Shown: piece by piece, positions 56,084 to 64,000 of the stretch
How positions within the stretch are numbered: position 1 is the first letter of the stretch
How the letters are laid out: the number at the start of each line of letters is the position of its first letter
Virus record (IMG/VR): IMGVR_UViG_3300021957_004671
Location: 12,199 to 76,198 of that record
DNA length: 64,000 nt
DNA from: a virus
Strand: one strand, 5' to 3'
The notes under the pieces: generated by a model
The model's input: only the letters and a program-made list of their open reading frames with translations
Told to the model about the DNA's origin: nothing
The model's database searches: none
Position numbers and translations under genes: made by a program

Positions 56084-57215
56084 AGCTTATATTGTAGCTA
56101 TGTCAAGCATAGATGTTCTAGGCAATTCACCTGGAGTATCTGCCATTCGATTTAGATCGGGTGAGAGTAATATAGATGATCACTCCAATGGCATGGTTGA
56201 GATCGATAATGATAGACTAGAACGTCCTGATAAGATTCCTCATGGCATATGGAAGTCATGGGAGAAGATTAATAAGATTGGTGCTGTTGTTGTAGATAAT
56301 CTTATTAGTAAACTGCCCTTCGAACTCCCAGAAAGTACTGCTGTTATCTTCTCTACTCAAACTGATGGTCTGAGTAACTTCGAAGGATTGCATAACGGTG
56401 ATAGATTGCCTCCTAGAAGAGTTCTATCTAATGGGCGTGACTTCCTAGTTGGTTATATTAATAAATTGTATGGGTTTAATGCAGTATCAACCTCTATGGC
56501 AGCTGCATGCGCTACTGGTCTATATAATCTTGAGTATGGTATGCGATTGCTAGATGAGCATGAGTTTGTCATTGTTGGATCAGCTGATGCTGGTACATCT
56601 AAACTCTCTATGGATTACTTCAGAACCTTAAATGCTATTGGTACTAAATCTACTCCGTTCGATAAAGACAGAGATGGATTTGTTATGGGTGAAGGCGGTG
56701 CTGCAGTCGTTATATGCAATAAGAGTACAATCATTAAGTACGGACTAACACCTGAGGCTGTAGTGCATGATGTACAGCTTACTAATGATGGCCTAACTGG
56801 CTCATTGACTGACCCGGGTGATGGAGGCTATAGAGCTATGAAGGCTCTTCCATATAAACGTTATGCTGATCAGATAGCATTTGTTAAAGCTCATGGCACA
56901 TCAACTCCTAAAGGTGATCCTCATGAGATTGAACAGATAGCTAATCTTGTTCCATGGCTTCCTATTGTATCGTTTAAGAGTATGTTAGGTCATACTATAG
57001 GTACTAGTGGCCTTTTAGAGATGTTACATGCTATAATACATATTAAATCAGGAGTAGTACCTGCTAATCGCAATCTAGAATCTTCTATTGATAATAGATG
57101 TATTGTAGATCATATGGAGACTGAGAAGAAATTCTTTATCAACAATGCGTTTGGTTTCGGTGGTAAGTGCGCGAGTGCTTTTGTTGAAGTAACTAATAAG
57201 GTGAGCAAATTATGA
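56073..57215 (+). CDS. fabF: Beta-ketoacyl-ACP synthase (FabF/FabB family)
   Basis: AACATG, PFDKDRDGFVMGEG, AHGTST..GD, KSMLGH, NAFGFGG (Cys-His-His). Confidence 0.9.
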   Translation: MKTKAYIVAMSSIDVLGNSPGVSAIRFRSGESNIDDHSNGMVEIDNDRLERPDKIPHGIWKSWEKINKIGAVVVDNLISKLPFELPESTAVIFSTQTDGLSNFEGLHNGDRLPPRRVLSNGRDFLVGYINKLYGFNAVSTSMAAACATGLYNLEYGMRLLDEHEFVIVGSADAGTSKLSMDYFRTLNAIGTKSTPFDKDRDGFVMGEGGAAVVICNKSTIIKYGLTPEAVVHDVQLTNDGLTGSLTDPGDGGYRAMKALPYKRYADQIAFVKAHGTSTPKGDPHEIEQIANLVPWLPIVSFKSMLGHTIGTSGLLEMLHAIIHIKSGVVPANRNLESSIDNRCIVDHMETEKKFFINNAFGFGGKCASAFVEVTNKVSKL

Positions 57216-57643
57216 TATATGTAGATATAAGTACTAGATGTCCTCAAAGGAATAAGATGACTCAGTTTGCTGTAGATGTTATCGAGTCATTCTTTACTCA
57301 TCGGTTTAAACGCGATGTGTGGATTGATATTGAGGTTAAGAATCTAGATAAAGGTTACTATGGTTTCTGCGTTGGTGATAGAGACGATGTAAGTATCGAA
57401 CTACAGCGCAAGAGTGATGATGGTGAAATGCTATCTCCTAAATTGATAGCAACTAACTTGGCTCATGAGCTAGTGCATGCTAAGCAGTATATCAAAGGTC
57501 AGATTGACGGGCATATGCGATATAGAATGAATAGTAAAAGCACCTGGGAAGACCATACTGATACATCATACTTAGAACAGCCTTGGGAGCTTGAAGCTTA
57601 TGCTCTAGAAGAAGAGCTAGTTGAAAGGTTTTGGAATGATTAG
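57212..57643 (+). CDS. Zincin-like metallopeptidase
   Basis: LAHELVHAKQY, PWELEAY. Confidence 0.8.
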   Translation: MIYVDISTRCPQRNKMTQFAVDVIESFFTHRFKRDVWIDIEVKNLDKGYYGFCVGDRDDVSIELQRKSDDGEMLSPKLIATNLAHELVHAKQYIKGQIDGHMRYRMNSKSTWEDHTDTSYLEQPWELEAYALEEELVERFWND

Positions 57644-58154
57644 GTTACTGACAGCAATAATGCTGATACTTTTACCTGTAGCAATTCAAGCATCAACACT
57701 TCAAGTTAAGATACTTGTACCTGCTAATGAGCGTGAGTTAGAATGCCTTGCATTGAATGTATATCATGAGGCTCGCAATGAGTCTCTAGCTGGTAAAGTA
57801 GCTGTATCCCAGGTAGTAATGAATAGAGTGTCAAGTGCACGCTATCCTGATGATGTATGTTCCGTTGTAGAGCAAGGACCTACATATACTAACAGTAAAG
57901 GAATAACATATCCTAAGCGTCACAAGTGTCAGTTCTCATGGTATTGTGATGGTAAGGGTGATGAAGCAAAGAATCAACGAGCATGGCGAGAAAGTGTTAC
58001 AATTGCCAATGCTGTAATGGATGGTATCTATCCAGATATCGTAGAAGGCGCCTTATGGTACCATGCGGATTATGTCAGCCCGCGATGGAGAAAAGGTGTT
58101 AAATATGTAACGCAAATTGACAGGCACATTTTTTACTCGGAGTTAATAGACTAA
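57636..58154 (+). CDS. SleB-type cell wall hydrolase
   Basis: Signal peptide; CLALNVYHEAR, VVMNRV, CQFSWYCDG, YHADYV.P.W, HIFY. Confidence 0.92.
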   Translation: MIRLLTAIMLILLPVAIQASTLQVKILVPANERELECLALNVYHEARNESLAGKVAVSQVVMNRVSSARYPDDVCSVVEQGPTYTNSKGITYPKRHKCQFSWYCDGKGDEAKNQRAWRESVTIANAVMDGIYPDIVEGALWYHADYVSPRWRKGVKYVTQIDRHIFYSELID

Positions 58155-58155
58155 A

Positions 58156-58437
58156 ATGCCAAAATATAGTAACAATAAATTTCAATCTAACAAGAAATAT
58201 GAGAAGAAGATTCCACCTTTTGAAGTGCTCATGCGTCGTTTTAAACGCGATGTAGAGCGTTCTGGTATTCTAAAGGAGGTTAAAAAGCGCGAGTTTCACG
58301 AAACCAGAGGTGAACGTAATCGACGTAAAGCTAAAGAAGGTGCTAGACGGCATCAAAAGGTACGTCGTGATGCATATATGGAGCAGTTCCCTAATGGAAA
58401 TGTGCCAAAGGCGCTAAGATCTAAGCGTAATTTCTAG
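58156..58437 (+). CDS. rpsU: Ribosomal protein bS21
   Basis: PFEVLMRRFKRDVERSGILKEVKKREFHE...RRK. Confidence 0.82.
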   Translation: MPKYSNNKFQSNKKYEKKIPPFEVLMRRFKRDVERSGILKEVKKREFHETRGERNRRKAKEGARRHQKVRRDAYMEQFPNGNVPKALRSKRNF

Positions 58438-58476
58438 ATTATACACTAAAAACGCTAATAAATAAGCAATTAATTT

Positions 58477-58518
58477 GGGTTCTCTAACGTTTTCAATGGG
58501 TTAGAGAGCCCTTTTTTT
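58477..58518 (+). terminator. Intrinsic terminator
   Basis: GGGTTCTCTAAC/GTTAGAGAGCCC stem + T7. Confidence 0.85.
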
Positions 58519-58519
58519 G

Positions 58520-58548
58520 TGGCCTTAAAACGGTTTAGTCACTATAAT
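58520..58548 (+). promoter_or_regulatory. Early-type promoter
   Basis: TGGCCT-N17-TATAAT with TAAAACG spacer start. Confidence 0.72.
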
Positions 58549-58579
58549 GAAGTATAAATTAGATAAGAAAGTTAAATAT

Positions 58580-58861
58580 ATGATACATTCAAACTACGAA
58601 TTCGAAGGTTTTGCTACTGGTGATGATGGTGAAGAAGATGAAGCAACCATATGGTTTGGTACTACTCTTGTAAACCATAGAGAAGTAATTGATGCTGATT
58701 CTATTAGAGTTTATGCTCATGGTAATAACCCTGCTAGTCATCTTGGATTTGATGCTGATGCAGATACTGAGATGCAGTGTCCAGAAGATATGATGCAGCA
58801 GTGTTCTGCATTCCTTAAGGAGCAGGATAAAAGAGTTGCCTTAAAAGCGGTAAGAGACTAA
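58580..58861 (+). CDS. Hypothetical early protein
   Basis: Own promoter; ATG 58580 (track start lies in the -10 box). Confidence 0.7.
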   Translation: MIHSNYEFEGFATGDDGEEDEATIWFGTTLVNHREVIDADSIRVYAHGNNPASHLGFDADADTEMQCPEDMMQQCSAFLKEQDKRVALKAVRD

Positions 58862-58864
58862 GAT
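58836..58864 (+). promoter_or_regulatory. Early-type promoter
   Basis: TTGCCT-N17-TAAGAT. Confidence 0.72.
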
Positions 58865-58891
58865 AAAGAATAGATAGATTAAGGATATATT

Positions 58892-59293
58892 ATGACAATA
58901 CGGATTTCACATAACGATATTAATACTGGATACTCAGTTAAGTTCGAGAACGGCATTACAGTGTCAGTTCAAATTGGTAGAGGTAATTACCATAGCCTGA
59001 GGGATACTTTCAATCCTAAGATCCCTAAGAATCAAACTCTAGTTAAAGACGGTTCTGGTGATAAAGAGTCTCCTGATGCTGAAACAGCTATTATGTGCCC
59101 ACTAGGCTTCATCACATATAAAGGTGATCAAGTACAAGGCTACCAGGATGCTGAAGACATTCTAGAGACTATGAAGTTCGCTGCTAGTCTGCCTCCTTTT
59201 TCTAAGGATATGCCTAACCTTGAGGCGTATACTCATCTTGTAAAAGAGGAAGAGGATGCTCAGACCTATAGAAAAATAATGGCATTAAAGTAG
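58892..59293 (+). CDS. Hypothetical early protein
   Basis: FENGITVSVQIGRGNY; AAGGA SD. Confidence 0.75.
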   Translation: MTIRISHNDINTGYSVKFENGITVSVQIGRGNYHSLRDTFNPKIPKNQTLVKDGSGDKESPDAETAIMCPLGFITYKGDQVQGYQDAEDILETMKFAASLPPFSKDMPNLEAYTHLVKEEEDAQTYRKIMALK

Positions 59294-59322
59294 TTGCCTT
59301 AAAACGCGTTAGTGTCTAATAT
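59294..59322 (+). promoter_or_regulatory. Early-type promoter
   Basis: TTGCCT-N17-TAATAT. Confidence 0.72.
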
Positions 59323-59351
59323 AAGATATAATTGAGATAAAGGATATAATT

Positions 59352-59564
59352 ATGAATATGAATGAGCTATTAAATACCGAGTTTTTATTTCCAGCATTGT
59401 GCATGGAGACCTTCGAGAACATTATGAAGCCTGTACGGGTTGTTGGTGTGCTAGATGGTCCTGGTCACGACCGTCGTGATTATTGTACTGTAAGAGGTTT
59501 GCAGGATTGGGAGGTTGATATGCCTCTTGATAACTTCCTCAAGAACGCTAAGGTTGCAGCATAA
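59352..59564 (+). CDS. Hypothetical early protein
   Basis: AAGGA SD, own promoter. Confidence 0.7.
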   Translation: MNMNELLNTEFLFPALCMETFENIMKPVRVVGVLDGPGHDRRDYCTVRGLQDWEVDMPLDNFLKNAKVAA

Positions 59565-59779
59565 TGTGTGGTGTATATACTGGAGAGTATGAACTCGAAA
59601 ATGTTATGGAACAGCTCCTATATGGTGAGATTGACTCAGAAGATTATGAGTTAATTGAAGATGTAGAAGCCTGTGAAATTCGCGGTGATGCCGGTTGGTC
59701 TATTGTGGAGTATGACGGTAATAAATTTAAGCTCTTCTATGATTGGGGAGAGACGCTTTGTGATGTGGAGGTCCTTTAA
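59564..59779 (+). CDS. Hypothetical acidic protein
   Basis: TAATG coupling. Confidence 0.7.
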   Translation: MCGVYTGEYELENVMEQLLYGEIDSEDYELIEDVEACEIRGDAGWSIVEYDGNKFKLFYDWGETLCDVEVL

Positions 59780-60129
59780 TGTTTGGTGATCCTATTGTAA
59801 CACTCAATGGTTATACGCTTGCTTTAGAGCTTATACCAGATTCAGATGGCTTTGATAAGCAATGGTATTGTATCAATAAGCCTGACGGTGAACGGGTTGA
59901 TATACCAGGCTATACATACGGAAATACATATGACGGCGTTCATATCTATGACTGGTTTACTAACTGGATGCATCTAGAATGTGAAGATTTCATGATCTAT
60001 TGCAATCAAATGCACTTATCTAACTGCGACGAACGCAGGGATTATGGCGATAAAGTGCTTAGTTTCACCGAATATTATATGAAAAACAGTGACTTTATTG
60101 AAGAAAGTTACAAGAAACAGTTGCCTTAA
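59779..60129 (+). CDS. Hypothetical protein
   Basis: TAATG coupling, GGAGG SD. Confidence 0.7.
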   Translation: MFGDPIVTLNGYTLALELIPDSDGFDKQWYCINKPDGERVDIPGYTYGNTYDGVHIYDWFTNWMHLECEDFMIYCNQMHLSNCDERRDYGDKVLSFTEYYMKNSDFIEESYKKQLP

Positions 60130-60149
60130 AGGGTGTTTGTGACTATTAT
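60121..60149 (+). promoter_or_regulatory. Early-type promoter
   Basis: TTGCCT-N17-TATTAT. Confidence 0.72.
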
Positions 60150-60179
60150 ATGGTATAAATTAGATAAAGGTATAAAGTT

Positions 60180-60557
60180 ATGAAAATTGTTATTCAGACT
60201 CAGCACACAGAAAACTACGGCGCTCATACTTGGGACGGCGAAGGCGAATGCCCTCAGCGCTGGAAGTGCAAGGGTGGCGATACCTATATCGCCGAGGGCG
60301 TGTCTATTGCAGACGCTATGAATCCTGGGTTCTATGATACTCTGTTCGATCTAATCGAGGAGAATAACGAGTACTACTGTGAGTATATCTTGAGTTCTGA
60401 CCTCGTAGACGAGATGGGTTTCGATGTCTCGGACTATTGCGAGGACTGGGTCAATCCAATAATGCTATCGTTTGATGGCGAGAACTGGAATGCTTCTAAG
60501 GAGCATTATACTAATCATATGCCTGCTCGTCAGTGGGTACTAGGGGAGGCAGCATAA
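60180..60557 (+). CDS. Conserved phage early hypothetical protein
   Basis: IQTQHTENYGAH.WDGEGECPQRWKCKGG. Confidence 0.8.
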   Translation: MKIVIQTQHTENYGAHTWDGEGECPQRWKCKGGDTYIAEGVSIADAMNPGFYDTLFDLIEENNEYYCEYILSSDLVDEMGFDVSDYCEDWVNPIMLSFDGENWNASKEHYTNHMPARQWVLGEAA

Positions 60558-60757
60558 TGTTAGCATACTGTGATAAGATTGGCGATGTGATTCGCAAAGC
60601 ACTAGTGAAGTACGATAAGGATGGTATTATCGGACTAGTTGGCGGTATGAAGTATGATCTTCATCCAGAAGAAGGGTACTTCTTATCTACTAAGAAGACT
60701 ATTGATTTAACTGATATGAACGGTAAGTCATATCGTGTAACTATTGAGGAACTTTAA
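60557..60757 (+). CDS. Hypothetical protein
   Basis: TAATG coupling, GGAGG SD. Confidence 0.7.
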   Translation: MLAYCDKIGDVIRKALVKYDKDGIIGLVGGMKYDLHPEEGYFLSTKKTIDLTDMNGKSYRVTIEEL

Positions 60758-60758
60758 T

Positions 60759-61001
60759 ATGACTGAGAATGTAGTAATCTCAAGTCTTGCCTTTGGTAAG
60801 CAGCCTAATGGATTTAACTTTTTCGTAACCTATAATGATGGTAATATCGATCAGCAGAGCTCTCGTATTGAACCTGTTAATGAGAACGGACGTGTAAAGG
60901 TATGGCTTAAGACTAAATCTGAGCGAGATGCTAAGTTAGCTAAGGTTGTTACTATGCATGGTATCGATAGTATTCTAGAGATAGGAGAGTATCATGATTA
61001 A
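60759..61001 (+). CDS. Hypothetical protein
   Basis: GAGG SD. Confidence 0.65.
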   Translation: MTENVVISSLAFGKQPNGFNFFVTYNDGNIDQQSSRIEPVNENGRVKVWLKTKSERDAKLAKVVTMHGIDSILEIGEYHD

Positions 61002-61293
61002 GAAGATGCTTGAGTGGTCTGGTATAGTTAAGTTTGCTGATACTGATGAAGAGATTAAGCAGCTGCTAGATGAAAAATGGCCTATTGGTGATTATATTAA
61101 CATGGACTCTGAAGCCTCTCAAATGGACTTTGGTAAGATTGATGACGTTTATATTCAAGGCCGTCATTATACTGAAGCTGAAGTGAGAGATATTGTAGGA
61201 GCTCCTAGTAAGGAAGAGTCTGAGATGTGTACTTGTGGTAAAGAGCTTGATGCCTGTACTGAGTCATACACTCATATGAGTAAGGGGTTCTAA
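60994..61293 (+). CDS. Hypothetical protein
   Basis: AGGAG SD; C-terminal CTCG...C...H. Confidence 0.7.
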   Translation: MIKKMLEWSGIVKFADTDEEIKQLLDEKWPIGDYINMDSEASQMDFGKIDDVYIQGRHYTEAEVRDIVGAPSKEESEMCTCGKELDACTESYTHMSKGF

Positions 61294-61505
61294 TGCTTTG
61301 GATGTTAATATCGGCTAGTCTTAGTATAAATACTATGTATCAAGTAGAAGAAACCTGCATAGATGTGCAGAATAAGTTACGTGAGGCTGGCCATGATGCT
61401 ATCTGTGTTCAGATTGATCCTGAAGCGCAGATGCGACAAATTGAATACGCACTACAGTCATTTGTAGGGATTATGAAAGGTCTAGAAAATGAAACACGCC
61501 GCTAA
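61293..61505 (+). CDS. Hypothetical protein
   Basis: TAATG coupling. Confidence 0.6.
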   Translation: MLWMLISASLSINTMYQVEETCIDVQNKLREAGHDAICVQIDPEAQMRQIEYALQSFVGIMKGLENETRR

Positions 61506-61680
61506 TGTACATATTAAATTTGCCGATGGAAGTTATATCGATCGAGTCTTCTGGCATGATAACGACAATAAAGATGAGCTTGAAGTCGAAGCTGAGTCTT
61601 TCTGTCAAATGATTGGAAACCTATTTAAGGATTCCAGTGACCCCGTAACTGATTATAAGATTAGTTATAAATTTGAATAG
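61489..61680 (+). CDS. Hypothetical protein
   Basis: ORF packing. Confidence 0.6.
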   Translation: MKHAANVHIKFADGSYIDRVFWHDNDNKDELEVEAESFCQMIGNLFKDSSDPVTDYKISYKFE

Positions 61681-61691
61681 ATGGAGGCTAA

Positions 61692-61901
61692 ATGAAGCGT
61701 TTAATTATCATCGATGAGGTCGAAAGGCCTGATACGTATTATCTAATTGAGGCTATCAAGCGACGCTTGCTGGAAGCTCTTGATCTCGAAGACCCATATG
61801 ATCCAGAATTTACTGAGGATCCATATCTAGATATGTTCGAGGAAGCAGAGAAGCAGCAATTACTCAAGGCTATTGAAGAGTTCATCGGAGGCTCCGATTA
61901 A
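61692..61901 (+). CDS. Hypothetical acidic protein
   Basis: GGAGG SD. Confidence 0.7.
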   Translation: MKRLIIIDEVERPDTYYLIEAIKRRLLEALDLEDPYDPEFTEDPYLDMFEEAEKQQLLKAIEEFIGGSD

Positions 61902-62071
61902 TGGGTCTTGGATTTAGTGATGGGTTCCCTCCATCCGATGCTAAAGGATTCTGGGAACATTGGTGTGCGGCTTATGATGGTTTCATAGCTACTGAGTACG
62001 GCTCGCCGTGCAATTGGTGTGGAAAGACTGAGGAAGCTCATGATAAAGAATGTGAAGGTGCTTTTGGATGA
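61901..62071 (+). CDS. Small Cys/Trp protein (56 aa)
   Basis: Read manually: MGLGFSDGF...WEHWC...PCNWCG; coupled at both ends. Confidence 0.6.
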   Translation: MGLGFSDGFPPSDAKGFWEHWCAAYDGFIATEYGSPCNWCGKTEEAHDKECEGAFG

Positions 62072-63048
62072 ATGATACATATGATAACTTCTTCAAATAT
62101 AAAGATCCTGTATCGGGATTCATAACTAAACCTCAATCAGCATTTAATAAAACGTTCACTGAGAACTCACCTGACTCTACTCAGCGTTGGGAGACAGCTC
62201 GTGAGCTATTAGGTCCTGATTGGATATGGTATGATGAAGACTATAGAGTAATAGAGTATACATTTGACAAGTATGGGTTTAGGAACTGGAATGATCCAGA
62301 TGACTTGGAAGATGATAACTATATTCTACTTACCGGTCAGTCGCTATTTGAAGGTACAGGTCTCCCTCTAGAAGAGTCTATTCCCTATCTGGTTGAGCAA
62401 GAGACTGGAATTAAATGCTATCAAGCATCTACTACTGGTATTGATGCACAAGCTATCTATTACAATACAATGAATGCATTAGAGATTCTCCCTAAACCTA
62501 AGCATATCGTTACTATGCCTACTCATGCTGAAGCTAAGGTTATGACGTTTGAGGTCGAGAATGGTAAGTACTTTAACTGCTTTGACTGGTTTGGTCGAAA
62601 TCGTGAGCATATCTGTAAAGCATATGGCCTGGAAGAGGACTTTCTAAGGCAATGTGTTGATATGGTCGATACTAGTTTCAAATCAGGATTTAGCCTGAGG
62701 CAATGGTATGAGTATAACAGTCTTATCGATAAGCACAATATCCCATCTACCATTATTGCGTTCGGACATGAAGAAGGAATGGGCTCATTATTTGATAAAT
62801 TGACTGTAGAACCGCAAACTAACGGTAACGATAGGTTCTTTGACGGACCTAACCGAATTAGAATGCCTCTATTCCCACATAGTGTGAGTGATGACTTCCT
62901 CAAGCTAATGCGAATCAATCATTTCTACAATAAAGAAGACTATAATGATATACCAATAGAATGGATTAACACAAGAGCACGTGATTGCATTCATACTGGA
63001 CAAGTAAACAACCGTAAACTAGCCAAGGCAATTAGCCATAACATTTAG
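62068..63048 (+). CDS. Hypothetical protein, SGNH-like
   Basis: YTFDKYGFR, GQSLFEGTGL, ARDCIHTG. Confidence 0.65.
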   Translation: MNDTYDNFFKYKDPVSGFITKPQSAFNKTFTENSPDSTQRWETARELLGPDWIWYDEDYRVIEYTFDKYGFRNWNDPDDLEDDNYILLTGQSLFEGTGLPLEESIPYLVEQETGIKCYQASTTGIDAQAIYYNTMNALEILPKPKHIVTMPTHAEAKVMTFEVENGKYFNCFDWFGRNREHICKAYGLEEDFLRQCVDMVDTSFKSGFSLRQWYEYNSLIDKHNIPSTIIAFGHEEGMGSLFDKLTVEPQTNGNDRFFDGPNRIRMPLFPHSVSDDFLKLMRINHFYNKEDYNDIPIEWINTRARDCIHTGQVNNRKLAKAISHNI

Positions 63049-63056
63049 GATATATA

Positions 63057-63338
63057 ATGAATATTAAACTATTAAAGACAACATCAGGTGAAGAAGTAAT
63101 TTGCGAGGTTGTATCTATGGATAGTAACCGCCTGGTCATTAAGAATGGACTCACTATGGTATGGGATGGTAAGAACATCCAAGCTATTCCTTTTAGCGTA
63201 AATTGTAAGGATGGAGTAGAGATTAACTTCAACCGAGATAATATGCAGTTTATTACTGAACCACGAGAAGATATGGTAGGACAGTATAAGAAGCAATTCA
63301 GCCCTATCATCACCCCACAATCCAGTATCATTACCTAA
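63057..63338 (+). CDS. Small Sm-like-fold conserved T4-like protein
   Basis: IKLLKTTSGEEVI...YKKQFSPIITP. Confidence 0.65.
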   Translation: MNIKLLKTTSGEEVICEVVSMDSNRLVIKNGLTMVWDGKNIQAIPFSVNCKDGVEINFNRDNMQFITEPREDMVGQYKKQFSPIITPQSSIIT

Positions 63339-63751
63339 TGACTAGAATTAATATCGTACCAGCTAAAGAGTTATACGATCAGCATCTGATTGCTGAGTAT
63401 CGTGAAATCTTTATGGTTGGATCGTCATTACAAAGATCATTGAAGTCACCTGGCTGGCCGAAGTGTATGATACCTGAAAATTTTACGCTTAATCAAGGTC
63501 ATGTCAAGTTCTTCTATAATAAGGGACTATACTTACATAAGAGATATGATGAGATTTGTATAGAGATGCGCAGAAGAGGATTCGCTCCTGACCCTAGACG
63601 AGTATTCAAACGTGAGCAATGGCCGGACCATCTATATAATGATTGGTATCCATCTAAACAAGATAAGAAGCTCACAAGACATCGTATAAAGATGAGAGTG
63701 TCGATGAAGCCTGACTGGTATAGAAAGACGCCCAGGCGCAAATACCCATAA
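63338..63751 (+). CDS. denV: Pyrimidine-dimer glycosylase / endonuclease V
   Basis: MTRIN...L.DQHLIAEYRE, GHVKFFY, EMRRRG, KPDWY. Confidence 0.93.
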   Translation: MTRINIVPAKELYDQHLIAEYREIFMVGSSLQRSLKSPGWPKCMIPENFTLNQGHVKFFYNKGLYLHKRYDEICIEMRRRGFAPDPRRVFKREQWPDHLYNDWYPSKQDKKLTRHRIKMRVSMKPDWYRKTPRRKYP

Positions 63752-63760
63752 ATAACAATT

Positions 63761-63934
63761 ATGATAAAGACTCTATGGACAATATGGAAACATGCGCTCG
63801 GTTCATTCGATGAAGAGGATGGTTATGATCCTAAGAATGAGAACTGGGTAGCATTGATCAGATCTATATTAGTCTTATCTAACCTGGCATGTGTATATGT
63901 CATTATGTGGAATATAATAAGAGACTGGAATTGA
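63761..63934 (+). CDS. Small membrane protein (57 aa), distant paralog of 2077-2235
   Basis: Read manually: LWTIWKHALG...VALIRSILVLSNLACVYVIMWNIIRDW; ATAAATA 6 nt upstream. Confidence 0.65.
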   Translation: MIKTLWTIWKHALGSFDEEDGYDPKNENWVALIRSILVLSNLACVYVIMWNIIRDWN

Positions 63935-64000
63935 AGAAACCTAAACTAAACGATATGATAGAACATACTTGTACATTGAACGGACAATTCGAAGGACAAG

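Noticed and set aside
1-64000. Stop-codon recoding, CRISPR arrays, tRNAs, integrase/transposase
   Set aside because: Core genes are full length and end in standard stops; no regularly spaced repeats or cloverleaf/T-arm motifs were seen by eye (tRNAscan not run)
63931-64000. Possible TTG-start ORF at window end
   Set aside because: Too short and truncated to support

Overview
A 64 kb segment of an AT-rich, T4-like (marine myovirus-type) dsDNA phage genome. A two-component spanin pair implies a Gram-negative host. Nearly all genes are on the + strand. The core replication and nucleotide genes are gp45, gp44, gp62, regA, gp43, uvsX, gp41, cd, gp61, thyX, nrdA/B, glutaredoxin, RNase H, phoH and denV. 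A late block (15.6-27.7 kb) encodes probable capsid-internal proteins, and a spanin/lipase lysis cluster follows it. Auxiliary metabolic genes include peroxiredoxin, Hsp20, a radical SAM enzyme, several 2OG-Fe(II) oxygenases, a fatty-acid desaturase, FabF, glycosyltransferases, UDP-glucose dehydrogenase, a PRMT-like methyltransferase and ribosomal protein bS21. An early region of small ORFs with repeated promoters lies at 55.8-62 kb. The only minus-strand block (40.0-45.8 kb) is an 8-gene operon under a phage late promoter. It joins curli-type secretion genes (CsgF, CsgG, a curlin-like protein) to a FecR-domain protein and a CHASE2 adenylate cyclase, which looks like a phage-borne trans-envelope signalling system. 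Non-coding highlights are a ROSE-like thermometer on hsp20, a tandem covarying RNA hairpin motif before the nucleotidyltransferase gene, a ~77-nt structured RNA at 53.74 kb, and at least 8 apparently leaderless genes. All assignments come from manual motif recognition; no searches were run.
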